Assembly: GCF_045577275.1 (NCBI RefSeq)
Contig: NZ_JAZNIB010000252.1
Location: 1 to 46,871 of the forward strand
Direction: 5' to 3'
DNA: 46,871 bases
DNA from: Methanobrevibacter sp.
GTDB taxonomy: Archaea > Methanobacteriota > Methanobacteria > Methanobacteriales > Methanobacteriaceae
The notes beneath the pieces are model-generated. The model saw nothing but the letters and a program-made list of their open reading frames with translations, did not search any database and was not told the DNA's origin. Both the position numbers and the translations under genes were made by a program. Below are positions 7,706 through 18,501 of this stretch, piece after piece (position 1 is the first letter of the stretch; every line of letters begins with the position of its first letter).

Positions 7706-10201
7706 TCACACCTTATATTCTATATAGTTTGGTTTGATAGTGCATTGATGATTTGTATCATTTCTTATTGCACGGTAACCTATTGAAATACCTGTATCCT
7801 CTAAATTTGGAGTGTAAACCACCTCCAAAGTATCGTTTACTTGTAGAACACTTGATTTATTATCATTATTCACGATTGGGAATACAAGTTCTTTAGAATC
7901 ATAATCCACATTAAAATCAATATCTTCATACAACTCTTTTTCATTATCTGAGTCTTTGTTAATAATCACCTGTTTTATAGGGTCTACAGGAGCGCATCTT
8001 AGACTTACTCTCCTTGTTTCAACATTAGTTTCATCAATGATAAATTCCTGTTTGAAATAATCAAGTATGAGTCCTTCTGAAATTAATCCTGTCTCCTCAT
8101 CAATTGATTGGCCTACCTCTTCCAAGGTTAAATTTTGTAGGAAAACTGGGTTGTATGAGATTCCTAGTGCTCCTGAAGGAATATTGGTTAAAATTGTTTT
8201 ATCAAGATTTATGATGTCCTCATCATAATCAACTATGTAATCATACCATTCTCCAAAGCTTACAACTTCATCTCCACCACTAGGTTGTAGCAAGCATTCT
8301 TGAATTGGATAAGCTGGACTATTATTCAATTTTAAGCCACTGATAATTTGTTTCTCATCATCGGTTCCCTCATTTTCTAACCCTCCATCAAAACTGAGAT
8401 AATAAGTTAAAACCTTATTATCTATTGTTGTGGTGTAAGGTTTCACATAAACATTATAATTTTTTAATGACTCAATTACAGTTGGATTATCAAACAAATA
8501 TCTTGCTCTGTCATCATCGTCAATTCCCACACCGATGACACTTTCACTGTCCAATATAGGGTTGCCTTCAGAATCAAGCAATTCTAAATAATCTGATAAA
8601 TCACTTACTGTAATGATTGTAAAATGTTCAGTGACTAACCTGTCTTGGATAATTTCTGCAGAAGCATTAATACCATTATCATTTGGGCTTAATTCAAATG
8701 GGGCATATATTCTACCCCACAATGCAGCACCTATCATTGGGGATAATTTTGGATTATAAAAATGAGTGCGAACGTACATTTCTTTTGGCAATTCCGTTTT
8801 AAGATCAATGCTCATATTCTCGATACTTGGTGTTTTGCTGCCACTAAGTGTTTTCATTTTAGCACGTATGAATAAGATTTGGCTTGTTTCTGTTAAATGT
8901 TTCCATTCCCCACTACGAATGCTTGTCCAATCTTCATCTTGTCCAGTTGTGCTGAATTCAAAGTCTAAGAATTTATCATCTTCATTGTCAGCGACTGTTT
9001 CCCCAGTATATTCTCCACTAATTTTAAGTGATTTTATAGGGTTTGCAAGTATTGGTTTTAAGTAGAGGTAATAATCAGTGCTTGTGTGACGTCCGCTAGT
9101 GAATGTGTCAATATGACATTGATAGGCAAAATCTGATGGGGTTAACTGTCCCATTTTATAATCCTTTACCTTATCATCGTTACGACCATATCTAATCCAG
9201 CTTCTGCCATTGTTTTCAGACAAGAATGCATCACCAGACATGTCTTTTGCTTTTGCACAATTACGGCCCCAACCCCCAATACGAGGACAATGTTCCCAAT
9301 GGCTAAGAGGGGATGATATTACAATAGCATAATGTTCATCAGAATTAGCATTTCCCACATCAATGGCCTTATCAAATAGGAAATTTTGCCAGCTAGGATT
9401 TGTTTTGCTTGGTTGGTATTTTGCAGTTGCTAATGCATTATGAGGATGGCCTATAGGCCAATATATGTCTTCATATTGTTTTGGATCGTGAGATTCGCTT
9501 TTTTTGAGTTTTTTATTCCATTCTGTTTTTTCAACATGCTTTAATTCTGTTCTGAAAATTTGGACATACAAAGGACTGCCCCAATTACTCACAGTAGTGC
9601 CGTTATTTTGTATTTGCAGATCTACACTAACAAGTTTACCAATAAGTCCTGCAGGTATTGTTATTGTTTGTGCTCTACAAATAGCTGGGATTTCATGGTC
9701 AAATTCGTCTTTAATCCAATCAGGCCTTATCTGGTAAGATTTGTTTTTATCAAAACCAACATACCAATAGCTATTGGTTCCTCCGCCCTGATGGTTTCTC
9801 ACAGTAAAATCTGTGGATTGAACTTCTTCCATTGGAACAACAGCCCTTATATGAGTACCATAATTATCTACATATGTCTCAAAAGAACAATCAGATTTAT
9901 TTTCATCAACAAGATTCATATTTTGGAAATCAACATTGATCTCATCACTTATGCTGTTGCTGAAAATAACTTTATCCCCATTGCTTATCATATATCCGTA
10001 AGAGTAATCCTGATTTAATAGAATAGGTGCAAACCTTTTTCTAACTGCTGGAGGGGACAAATATTTCAATTGTTCTACTTGTTGTCTTAACCATTCATCA
10101 TTCATACAGACTTGTTTAGCCCATTGAACCGTAGCATATCCTTGCTCTGAATACGATTTAATTCTATTGAGATTCTTATAATTTGCAGCACATTTTGACA
10201 T
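7706..10201 (-). CDS. large baseplate/tail structural protein
   Basis: 831-aa ORF in the tail module; beta-rich; family not recognised. Confidence 0.6.
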   Translation of the reverse strand: MSKCAANYKNLNRIKSYSEQGYATVQWAKQVCMNDEWLRQQVEQLKYLSPPAVRKRFAPILLNQDYSYGYMISNGDKVIFSNSISDEINVDFQNMNLVDENKSDCSFETYVDNYGTHIRAVVPMEEVQSTDFTVRNHQGGGTNSYWYVGFDKNKSYQIRPDWIKDEFDHEIPAICRAQTITIPAGLIGKLVSVDLQIQNNGTTVSNWGSPLYVQIFRTELKHVEKTEWNKKLKKSESHDPKQYEDIYWPIGHPHNALATAKYQPSKTNPSWQNFLFDKAIDVGNANSDEHYAIVISSPLSHWEHCPRIGGWGRNCAKAKDMSGDAFLSENNGRSWIRYGRNDDKVKDYKMGQLTPSDFAYQCHIDTFTSGRHTSTDYYLYLKPILANPIKSLKISGEYTGETVADNEDDKFLDFEFSTTGQDEDWTSIRSGEWKHLTETSQILFIRAKMKTLSGSKTPSIENMSIDLKTELPKEMYVRTHFYNPKLSPMIGAALWGRIYAPFELSPNDNGINASAEIIQDRLVTEHFTIITVSDLSDYLELLDSEGNPILDSESVIGVGIDDDDRARYLFDNPTVIESLKNYNVYVKPYTTTIDNKVLTYYLSFDGGLENEGTDDEKQIISGLKLNNSPAYPIQECLLQPSGGDEVVSFGEWYDYIVDYDEDIINLDKTILTNIPSGALGISYNPVFLQNLTLEEVGQSIDEETGLISEGLILDYFKQEFIIDETNVETRRVSLRCAPVDPIKQVIINKDSDNEKELYEDIDFNVDYDSKELVFPIVNNDNKSSVLQVNDTLEVVYTPNLEDTGISIGYRAIRNDTNHQCTIKPNYIEYKV

Positions 10202-10204
10202 AAA

Positions 10205-10891
10205 TTATTCACCTGTAAGTATTATTATTTCTTCAACAGTAGGTGCAAAATTTGTTGATGTATGAATATACAAGTTTTTAGTGGTATTGTTATAGTAGTA
10301 TGTTGCCTTCTTTTCTTCCACTTCAATTATGCTTTTTGCTCTAGTATATCCGTTTTTAGTGTTGTTTTCGAATACTCCGACAACATTATTCGGTTCAACT
10401 AGATAGTATACATTACTTATTCCTGAAACTGGTGCCCATTCAGTATTTCTAATTGCTCCACTGCTTAATTCAATGTAATAATCTATTGTTATTTCACCAG
10501 TGGTTGCGGTTAAAAAGGAGTCTATGTCATCATAAACATCATGGGTAATTAATATTTCCCCGTTATGAACTCCTATTTCCTTAGTGCCTTGGATTTCTTT
10601 AGCTTGAAAACTAGCGGATAATTTAATTGTTTTTTTATCTAAATCTACTGTTTTGACACATTTTTTTCGTATTGTTTCATTGCCAAGGTTGATATCTTTT
10701 TTTCTTGGTATGTTAGCACTATTTCCTAGACAAATATATTGTATTGGAGAAAGTTCATTCCCTATTGCTCTGTTAAGGAAAAAGGATTCTCCGAGGAAAG
10801 TGATGATGTTTTGATTATGTAGTGTTATTGTCTTATTTAAGAACATTCCTTGAATGGGAATGTGAATTTTATAGTTACCTTTAAACATCAT
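10205..10891 (-). CDS. baseplate-fibre connector-like protein
   Basis: NIIT.LG..F..IQYICLG...EIGV pattern typical of myovirus fibre N-termini; synteny. Confidence 0.55.
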   Translation of the reverse strand: MMFKGNYKIHIPIQGMFLNKTITLHNQNIITFLGESFFLNRAIGNELSPIQYICLGNSANIPRKKDINLGNETIRKKCVKTVDLDKKTIKLSASFQAKEIQGTKEIGVHNGEILITHDVYDDIDSFLTATTGEITIDYYIELSSGAIRNTEWAPVSGISNVYYLVEPNNVVGVFENNTKNGYTRAKSIIEVEEKKATYYYNNTTKNLYIHTSTNFAPTVEEIIILTGE

Positions 10892-11277
10892 ATGAATTTT
10901 ACCTCCTGCCCATCTACTTTCATTCTTGTATTAATCCTTAAAAAATTAGTTTGATTTATCTGGTTATCCCCTATTTTTAAGTGGATAATCTTGCTTGTGG
11001 GCATTAGTTTTTGCAGTCTGATTTGTAAAGATCTAGCAGTTTCCGGTGAGATATTAGATGGAATGTTGTTATGGTCAAATGTTAAATCATAATTATTTGG
11101 GGTCATATATGGTTCTTGGTGGAAAGATTTGCATTCACCCTCATATATGGGGAGAGGAATAGTTTCATCTTCATTAATGATTTCAATATTTTCTTCCCCT
11201 TCTCCTTCCAATTCAACATCTTCAGCAGCTTCATTTTCTTCGTATATCTCTTCGAATTCTTCAATATTTTCTGGCAT
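10888..11277 (-). CDS. acidic baseplate-region protein
   Basis: Tightly coupled to its neighbours; LQKLMP motif resembles the C-terminus of wedge proteins. Confidence 0.45.
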   Translation of the reverse strand: MPENIEEFEEIYEENEAAEDVELEGEGEENIEIINEDETIPLPIYEGECKSFHQEPYMTPNNYDLTFDHNNIPSNISPETARSLQIRLQKLMPTSKIIHLKIGDNQINQTNFLRINTRMKVDGQEVKFI

Positions 11278-11280
11278 TGA

Positions 11281-13671
11281 TTATTCTCCTTCAGTTAAAT
11301 CTCCCATACGAGTACAAATTAATGAATCATCACTGATGCTTAAACTTATTATTGCATTGAATAGATCTTTAATGTCCTCATAACATAGGTTGTTTTGTTC
11401 TAAATAATCCACATCATTCTTATTAGATTTAAACCTATTTAAGAAAATGTTTTCATTATCTATTGAAACATCCAGCAATACATCCTCTAGATCATTGATA
11501 GTGCGGAAGTCAGTTAATGGAGTTTCTTCTACTGTGAGATCACCGTTATCCTTTACAACTATATTTGTTACAAATGATTCCGTAGGCAAATCATTTATAG
11601 AAAGGTATGTTTCAATTATCCATTCATTATTGACACTAGTTCCATCAGAACTTGTATAGATAGTGGTTAATCCAAACTCTGGAAGATAATCTAAACTTGC
11701 TATTCCATGGGAATCTGCTGTTTTTGATTCTATGATTGTGTTATCCTTATAGAATTTCACAGTTTCTCCGGAATTGTGGCCTGTTGAGGTTAATGTTATG
11801 GAATTTCCATAAGCTGTCATTATATCTATAGGTTCTTTGCTTATTTCTACAGATTGGGTTAATTCTGTAGATATATAAGTGTCTGAACCTTCAAAAATAA
11901 GTTCAATATCATAATCGCCTTTCATTAATTCCCGTATAGGAATGGTGGCAGTAAATTGCCCATTATTATCTGTTGAAGTATCAATAACAGTTTCTGCAAG
12001 TATGATTTTCAAATTGGCATTTTTAATCCCATTATTTTCTTTTGATTTCATTGTTCCTGAAACAACAATATTATCATAACTTGTAAAGTAATTCTGCTTA
12101 TCTGTACTTAAACTTATTAATGGAGTTCCTCCATTCACAAGCACAGTTAAATAATTATTGTAATCCACATTATTGTTAGTGTAATTTGATGATTTGATAT
12201 ATGTTTGAGCACCATTGCTATCCAATGTAATATCAAGCAGGGATAATGTTAAATTTTTATTTCCAGTAATGTGGAAAAACTTATTGGATAAATCATTATG
12301 GATTATGGCATTTCCACAACCCAATATTGTACAATTGTCGTTTATAATAGTTGAATCATTTACAGTGACTTCCCCTTGAACAACAATCATATTTCTTACA
12401 TTTGAAACTTTTTCCAGAGCTTTATTAATTGTTAAAAATGGATTATCTATTGTTCCGTCATTGCTGTCATCCCCATTACTTGATACATAGAAATCGGCAT
12501 TATTACATCCTTGAACATTGATTTCCATTTCCTCTGTACCAATTATATCATTATCATTGCGGGCTATGAAAGTGAAAATATTTGTAGTTTCCTCATCAAG
12601 TAATGTGTATGGCACAAAAAAAGAAGATCCGTTGCTTTCGAAACGTTGATTGTTAAATAATATTTCTACCGTGAAATTTTCATCAAGTTCTTCAGCAAGA
12701 TTATTCATTAGCTTAAAGCTGAATAGAACATTTGACCATTTTTTAGGGAAATTAGTGTTGGCTGAAACAAAGAAATATCTTCCCAAATCATCTGTACAAT
12801 CCCCAAAACCATCTTTATGTTCCCATGTTTTAGGAATCCAATCGAGAACATGCTCATTTTCATAATCAAAATCATGTCTTGTTTCATCGAATAATTTTAA
12901 CAAATACTTTTCACGATTGACCATACTTGCTTCCAAGCCATATAACTTCCATATTTCAAGAACAGGTAACGGGGTAGTATGTAAACGTGAAAGGTAATTT
13001 ATGATACGGTTCATGTAATGGTAATCATCTTCAGTAAGTTGATTGTTATAGGGAGGTTCAGTATGGGAGTAATCTTCTGTTGGAATATAATTTTTTCTTG
13101 GAATATTATTTAAAGATCCAATTCTGTCGAGACTAGTGTCATGGTCAAAAATATCATTTAGTGTATCATCATTTTCTGGGAATCCTTTTTCAATGATAAT
13201 TTCATCATATGTTTCAATATATATGTGGAATTTATCTTGTGGAATGATTGATTGTTCCTCTTCAACATAGTCTTCTGTTTCTTCATTTTCCCCTTCCGTA
13301 TCATTCAAGATACTTATTAAAGTATCATTTTCCATTGTGCTATCGTAGAGATGAAGGAATGATGAAACATTGTCATCATAGGAATAGTCTTCCCTACATA
13401 TCACATCATCATTTTTATAGCAAATAACAGTTTTTAGATGAGGATAATTGGCAACAAAATGTATGACATAATCAAATGGGACATTTTGCTCTTTCCAAAT
13501 CCAAACTTTTTTTAACAATTTGAAACTTTCAGCAGCCTCAAATATTGATTGATGCAATTCCTGGAATCTTTTATTGGTAACATCTTGAGACTTATAAAAA
13601 TTAGAGCTTTCCCTTTTATCAATAAAATAAGGGAATTTATCCAATAACTTTTTTAAACTATCTTTTGTCAT
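11281..13671 (-). CDS. baseplate wedge-like protein fused to adhesin-like domains
   Basis: Follows baseplate J; FYVSSNGDDSNDGTIDNPFLTINKA (DUF1565/beta-helix cap-like) and Ig-like TDNNGQF..FEGSDTY. Confidence 0.65.
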   Translation of the reverse strand: MTKDSLKKLLDKFPYFIDKRESSNFYKSQDVTNKRFQELHQSIFEAAESFKLLKKVWIWKEQNVPFDYVIHFVANYPHLKTVICYKNDDVICREDYSYDDNVSSFLHLYDSTMENDTLISILNDTEGENEETEDYVEEEQSIIPQDKFHIYIETYDEIIIEKGFPENDDTLNDIFDHDTSLDRIGSLNNIPRKNYIPTEDYSHTEPPYNNQLTEDDYHYMNRIINYLSRLHTTPLPVLEIWKLYGLEASMVNREKYLLKLFDETRHDFDYENEHVLDWIPKTWEHKDGFGDCTDDLGRYFFVSANTNFPKKWSNVLFSFKLMNNLAEELDENFTVEILFNNQRFESNGSSFFVPYTLLDEETTNIFTFIARNDNDIIGTEEMEINVQGCNNADFYVSSNGDDSNDGTIDNPFLTINKALEKVSNVRNMIVVQGEVTVNDSTIINDNCTILGCGNAIIHNDLSNKFFHITGNKNLTLSLLDITLDSNGAQTYIKSSNYTNNNVDYNNYLTVLVNGGTPLISLSTDKQNYFTSYDNIVVSGTMKSKENNGIKNANLKIILAETVIDTSTDNNGQFTATIPIRELMKGDYDIELIFEGSDTYISTELTQSVEISKEPIDIMTAYGNSITLTSTGHNSGETVKFYKDNTIIESKTADSHGIASLDYLPEFGLTTIYTSSDGTSVNNEWIIETYLSINDLPTESFVTNIVVKDNGDLTVEETPLTDFRTINDLEDVLLDVSIDNENIFLNRFKSNKNDVDYLEQNNLCYEDIKDLFNAIISLSISDDSLICTRMGDLTEGE

Positions 13672-13672
13672 T

Positions 13673-14827
13673 TCATATCATCTCAATAGTTATATTATTA
13701 CTTACCCCTTTTTCATCATCAAGAATGGGAATATAATCAGTAGGATAATTAAAAGTTATGCTTTTCAATTCTGGAATTTCTTCATCCAGGAATACGGCTA
13801 GTTTATGAGGTATGAAATCCTCCCCTATTTCAAGCCCTATATAATACATCCCATCATTAGTGTATCCTCCATCAATGAATGTCTTTATGGAGGCCAGTAT
13901 TTTTGATTTGATTTGCTCTTTTTCAACTGCACTATAAGGGTTTATCTGGTCAATGTCAACATTAATTATAGCATAAACATCTATCAGTTTTTCAGTTGGT
14001 GCAAACATTATAATATCTTCAGTAGCTTGAGAAACAATATTTTGCAATCCCTCATAAGCTTCGTTTAATTGGTAATCTGTTCCAGGGTCAATAATGACTT
14101 TAACTGTACCTGTAACATCCCAATTAGGTACAATACGGTAACCGTCAATACCATCAAAACTTGCAAAATAATATTCATAAGCTTCATTTGACCCTTTTAG
14201 ATTGATTTTTATCCAATTCTTCAATAATTCCCTATACTGGGAGTCTGTGTAAGTTTCACTACCTCCAGATGAAGATTTCATATTAGTGCATGTTATGTTT
14301 CCTTCAATGTCAAATTCTGATTCAATATTAGTTAATGTGTTTTCAATTACTTTGCTGCTTATTCCTGGTTCCAATGCTATTGCTTGAACAGTTGCGCTTG
14401 TTTCGTCAATTGGAATGTATACTTCTTCAAGTGTCCGGTATTGTATTCCCTTTTCTGTTGAAACTATTATCTCATCAGTTATGATAATTTCCTCTTCGTT
14501 TTGTATTTGGCTTATTGTGAAAGTGATTTCTGCCATAGCATAAGTTGCCATTGGCCTTGATATTCCCACAATCTTCCCAAGGTTATCCAAGTCTTTGCCT
14601 TCAGCAATGTCTATATCAATACTGTTGTAGACTGCAGTTAGATCTTCATAGAATGATGCAAACATTTCTGCTATCACTGATTTGTCCATAACATAATAGT
14701 TGCTGATATCCTCTTTATTTTCAATGTAACTGGTAAAATCTTCAGCATGACTTATAAGTCCGTTTTCTACAGAGTCATTTAACATCTTTTCAAAGATTTC
14801 TTCATAATATTTTTGAGAGTAATTCAT
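13673..14827 (-). CDS. baseplate J-like protein
   Basis: AEGKDLDNLGKIVGISR, GGSETYTDSQYR and GTVKVII motifs. Confidence 0.85.
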   Translation of the reverse strand: MNYSQKYYEEIFEKMLNDSVENGLISHAEDFTSYIENKEDISNYYVMDKSVIAEMFASFYEDLTAVYNSIDIDIAEGKDLDNLGKIVGISRPMATYAMAEITFTISQIQNEEEIIITDEIIVSTEKGIQYRTLEEVYIPIDETSATVQAIALEPGISSKVIENTLTNIESEFDIEGNITCTNMKSSSGGSETYTDSQYRELLKNWIKINLKGSNEAYEYYFASFDGIDGYRIVPNWDVTGTVKVIIDPGTDYQLNEAYEGLQNIVSQATEDIIMFAPTEKLIDVYAIINVDIDQINPYSAVEKEQIKSKILASIKTFIDGGYTNDGMYYIGLEIGEDFIPHKLAVFLDEEIPELKSITFNYPTDYIPILDDEKGVSNNITIEMI

Positions 14828-15258
14828 ATTTCGACACTTCCTTCCACTATTTCATCATTAATGCTTGTTACATTGAAAGTTATTTTGTATGCATTATCTT
14901 CGGAATCGGTTACTTCAATCCAATTCACTTCCAGTATTCTTCTCATTTTTTCAAGGATTTCAATGACAAATAGTTCAATCTTATATTCTACCATTGGCGA
15001 TTTATTTGCTTTAATCAATTCATGTAAATGGCAACCAAATTCCTCATATAATGGATTATCTTTAAGCTCTCCATATCTTGTCATTATTGCAATACATATA
15101 GCATTATGAAGTGATTGATTTCCAGCAACATTTACATAATCTCCGTTTTCCATCTGAAGATCCCAACGATTGAGTGCATCTGGTTTAATTTGAACATCTT
15201 CATTTAATGATCTGTAAAATCTATAATCATCACTTTCAACATCAACTGCCAACACCAT
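14824..15258 (-). CDS. baseplate wedge/sheath initiator (gp25/gpW-like)
   Basis: GDYVNV.G..SL..AI...TRYGE...FG pattern; upstream of baseplate J. Confidence 0.75.
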   Translation of the reverse strand: MVLAVDVESDDYRFYRSLNEDVQIKPDALNRWDLQMENGDYVNVAGNQSLHNAICIAIMTRYGELKDNPLYEEFGCHLHELIKANKSPMVEYKIELFVIEILEKMRRILEVNWIEVTDSEDNAYKITFNVTSINDEIVEGSVEI

Positions 15259-15264
15259 CTAGTA

Positions 15265-15909
15265 TCAACTCCCTTGAGCAAGTTCCTCTTTTAACTCTTC
15301 CAACATTTGATCAATTTCCTTTTTAGTGTAAACATCAGCAGGATTAACATATTCCTCTTCAATCATATCTTCATCCATTTCCCCAGTATTAATAGTCATG
15401 GAAGTTGGTAAACGAATGTCTAATCCATCATAACCAAATTTTATAAAAAACTCATTGGTTCCTCCTTCAGTACATATTTTCAAGTTGCCTTGAGATGCTG
15501 GATTGATTCCTATTAACTCTTCATTGTTATAATATCCTAATAACAAATATTCATCATCAAAACTATTGATATCCACAATAAGGCAATTTAAGTCTCCACG
15601 TGGAATAATGCATTTTTCCTTCATTTCTTCATCAAAGATTAAATCCCCATTGGGAGTGTAAAAATCAATTAATTCTCCACCAAAACGGTGCAATATTTTG
15701 CATAAAACTTTTTTATTAGAATTTGATATTTGCACTTCGGCTTTATCAAGATGAGGGTAAAACTTTGTTACAACACCAGCAGATATCTTTGAATCATCTA
15801 TTGCTTCTTGAACTATTCTTGTAGTTTCATTTTTCACAATTTGACCAATACTATTTGAGAAAGCTTGTTTCATGCGGCCTTGTGTAACCGTAACATTATC
15901 TGACTTCAT
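15265..15909 (-). CDS. baseplate central spike (gpV-like)
   Basis: OB-fold-like GVVTKFYP..KAEVQ; position between hub and wedge. Confidence 0.6.
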   Translation of the reverse strand: MKSDNVTVTQGRMKQAFSNSIGQIVKNETTRIVQEAIDDSKISAGVVTKFYPHLDKAEVQISNSNKKVLCKILHRFGGELIDFYTPNGDLIFDEEMKEKCIIPRGDLNCLIVDINSFDDEYLLLGYYNNEELIGINPASQGNLKICTEGGTNEFFIKFGYDGLDIRLPTSMTINTGEMDEDMIEEEYVNPADVYTKKEIDQMLEELKEELAQGS

Positions 15910-15923
15910 AATTTTTCCCTCCT

Positions 15924-17015
15924 TTAATTGTTAGTTGTCTCCTCTTCAGGTTCTCCCAAACTTGGAGGATAATCAACAAGAGCTAAACTACAAACCCAGT
16001 TTCCATCATCATCTTCTTGAGAAACTTTTATGATGTACATGTAATCATCAATATTAAAGGAAGGAAGATAAACCCTGCACCATTTCCCCACTTTCCATTT
16101 AGAATTTCCTAAGACTTTGCATTCAAGCTTATGCCCATTGTCACGACGTAACTTTGCCCATTCAAGTCTTGCAAATGATTGCGCTTCCTTAAGAGTTTTA
16201 GAGTTTTTAGCCGAGATTGTGGAACTGATTTTCCCAAAACGTTTTATTAATGAATCATCCTGAACAGTGATGATATGATTATCATAAATGACTTTCAGAT
16301 GATTAACTGTGGAAGGATTTACATCAGTTACAGTTACAGAATCATAGAAAATATCCTGGGATTCAATAAGTGATAATTCTGCGGTGGATGGATCACTAAT
16401 CTTTTGAACATAAACAGTATCATCACGAATAAAACATTCCACATCACCATCCCAACCAGATAAAACATCTCTTAATGCTTCTTTAATGCTTGTTGCAGAA
16501 TTGGTATTTGATGTTGAGTTTGTTTCTCCACCCATTGCCTTTACTAGGTTATTACCCAATTCTTCTGCAGATGCTCCACAAGCATAAGCAATATAATCGG
16601 AATATTTTTCACATACTTCTGCGGTTGTCATTCCAACAATATCTGAAGTGAAAGATTTTGAGGAATAATCATCTGATGCCTTCTTAAGTTTTACTGTTTT
16701 TGCAGCTTCACATGTGCAGGTTTTCTTGTTTATCCATCCCTGAAGACCAAAATAACAATATTTTGTATGATAATATCCGTTTTTCATACCTGTGTAAAAG
16801 TCCTTATAGGTTTGTAGGTCTGCACCATTGACAAGAAATACAATTATTTTGCCCTTATTTTTCTTTTTTCCCATTAATTTTTGAGAGTTTCCAGGACCGA
16901 CATCTGCTAAAGTAACTGTATGTCCTGCTTTTTCGAGGATTTTCTTAATAGTTCTCTGTGTTTTTTTATCTTCCGAGACTTTGTTTTTATCACAACCAAG
17001 AATAATGCTTGACAA
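15924..17015 (-). CDS. baseplate hub-like protein (C-terminal part) with unknown N-terminal alpha/beta domain
   Basis: C-terminal D.SLIKRFG...GNSKWKVGKWCRV..YMYIIKVSQ resembles gpD/gp27 hubs. Confidence 0.6.
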   Translation of the reverse strand: MSSIILGCDKNKVSEDKKTQRTIKKILEKAGHTVTLADVGPGNSQKLMGKKKNKGKIIVFLVNGADLQTYKDFYTGMKNGYYHTKYCYFGLQGWINKKTCTCEAAKTVKLKKASDDYSSKSFTSDIVGMTTAEVCEKYSDYIAYACGASAEELGNNLVKAMGGETNSTSNTNSATSIKEALRDVLSGWDGDVECFIRDDTVYVQKISDPSTAELSLIESQDIFYDSVTVTDVNPSTVNHLKVIYDNHIITVQDDSLIKRFGKISSTISAKNSKTLKEAQSFARLEWAKLRRDNGHKLECKVLGNSKWKVGKWCRVYLPSFNIDDYMYIIKVSQEDDDGNWVCSLALVDYPPSLGEPEEETTNN

Positions 17016-17027
17016 TAATCACACCTC

Positions 17028-17969
17028 TTAACAACTTGGTTTATCTCCACATTTCTTAGAATATTTTAATCCTTTCCATACTTGGTTAATTTTTCTTTGA
17101 CGACTTGTTGCATCACTTTCATATTCCTTTCCATCGATAGTGATGATTGTCCAGAAATGGTTAGGACCATGGACTACTTGTGATTCAAGTCCTGCACTAC
17201 GATACATTGCACAACTCAATAAGGATGTGTCTGCACAATTATTGTGTAAGCTTTTAAGTGCAGCACTGGCCGAATCTTTTTTACTGCATTTATAAGAAGA
17301 GTATTTATTGTTTTTTCTTAACCATTCATGAATAAGAACCATTTTTTTATAATCATCCGTTTCATTTCCAATGATCTCTTTTACCTTAGCATCTATGTCT
17401 TCACCTTGCCCTCCAGTAGTGGAAGAGCTTGTAGAAGAAACATTAGTGTAATCGATTGAATCATCCTTTAAACCTTTCGTATTGATTTTGCATTTAAGGC
17501 CGGAAGATTCAATAATTCTTTTAATGATTTTAGATCTTTTGGTTTTTTTGAAAGTGAATTCTTTTTCTTGATCAAGTAATTTGCTCATTCCGCTAATTTT
17601 CAGTTCAATGTTGTCTGTAGAATATTTCTGTTCAGTGATGAATCCAAGCAAAACCGTATTTAAATCTTCCCATTTAATATTTTTATCTTCATTTTTCCAT
17701 GCTTTTTTTAGACAAACCTTTTTGCCCTTGAAAAATCTTTGTTCGTTAACATTTGGGAAAGCAATAGACCCATTTGAGCTTATGTCTTCATAGTCCTGTT
17801 CAAATGAGTTTTGAAGAATATTATCATAGTAGGCAATTTCCGTTATTTGCCCATTATGCAATACAAAACCTTCTTTTTCATCTTCTTCAGTTGTTCGTTC
17901 TATGTTTGTGTCTTTGGTTTCGTATATTTCTAGGCCGGATTTTGCTAGTTTTACTTGGACCATAATCAT
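17028..17969 (-). CDS. hub-associated protein with C-terminal transglutaminase-like cysteine protease domain
   Basis: NCADTS..HGPNHFW..DAT Cys-His-Asp pattern; start moved to 17969/17963 (GAGG RBS) to avoid overlap with the upstream gene. Confidence 0.7.
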   Translation of the reverse strand: MIMVQVKLAKSGLEIYETKDTNIERTTEEDEKEGFVLHNGQITEIAYYDNILQNSFEQDYEDISSNGSIAFPNVNEQRFFKGKKVCLKKAWKNEDKNIKWEDLNTVLLGFITEQKYSTDNIELKISGMSKLLDQEKEFTFKKTKRSKIIKRIIESSGLKCKINTKGLKDDSIDYTNVSSTSSSTTGGQGEDIDAKVKEIIGNETDDYKKMVLIHEWLRKNNKYSSYKCSKKDSASAALKSLHNNCADTSLLSCAMYRSAGLESQVVHGPNHFWTIITIDGKEYESDATSRQRKINQVWKGLKYSKKCGDKPSC

Positions 17970-17976
17970 ATCCTCT

Positions 17977-18495
17977 CTATTTTTTTGCTTTTTTCTTAGA
18001 TTTGGATTTGTTTTTAGAATTGGATTTTTTACTATTCCTATTGGTGGTGACTTTAACTTTCTTCGGCTTAGGAACAGTGAAATTCTCACCAGGAATATTG
18101 GACTTTGAGCTTGGAATCTCAGTGACAGTAAAGTCCAGGACCATATGGTTAGGGGATGATTCTTCAATGTTCTTTTGGATTAAAACTTCTGCTTTTAATT
18201 TACCTCCCATATATGGAGAAATAACTTCTGCTGTATTAGATACGATCTGTCTTAAAATTTTTTCATAAGCATCTGGTCTGTTTTCAGGGTGATAAATAGT
18301 GGTTGTGAAACTGTAGCTGCGAGGAACATATTTCCCTTTAGTCACTATTTCAGTACCTCCCAATATACTGTTCCGATTCAATTCACGCCTATTATATGCT
18401 TCATCAGAACTAATATTTTCTGCAAAGAAAGGATAACCATTGATTTCAATGTTTTCACTGACATTAACTTTAATATCTTTATACATATTAACCAT
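17977..18495 (-). CDS. tail tube initiator-like protein
   Basis: Directly after the tape measure gene; beta-rich with a Lys-rich tail. Confidence 0.55.
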   Translation of the reverse strand: MVNMYKDIKVNVSENIEINGYPFFAENISSDEAYNRRELNRNSILGGTEIVTKGKYVPRSYSFTTTIYHPENRPDAYEKILRQIVSNTAEVISPYMGGKLKAEVLIQKNIEESSPNHMVLDFTVTEIPSSKSNIPGENFTVPKPKKVKVTTNRNSKKSNSKNKSKSKKKAKK

Positions 18496-18501
18496 GTTTT
18501 A

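Noticed and set aside
17970-18167. N-terminal extension of the 379-aa ORF in the track
   Set aside because: Overlaps the upstream gene; a good RBS precedes ATG 17969/17963.
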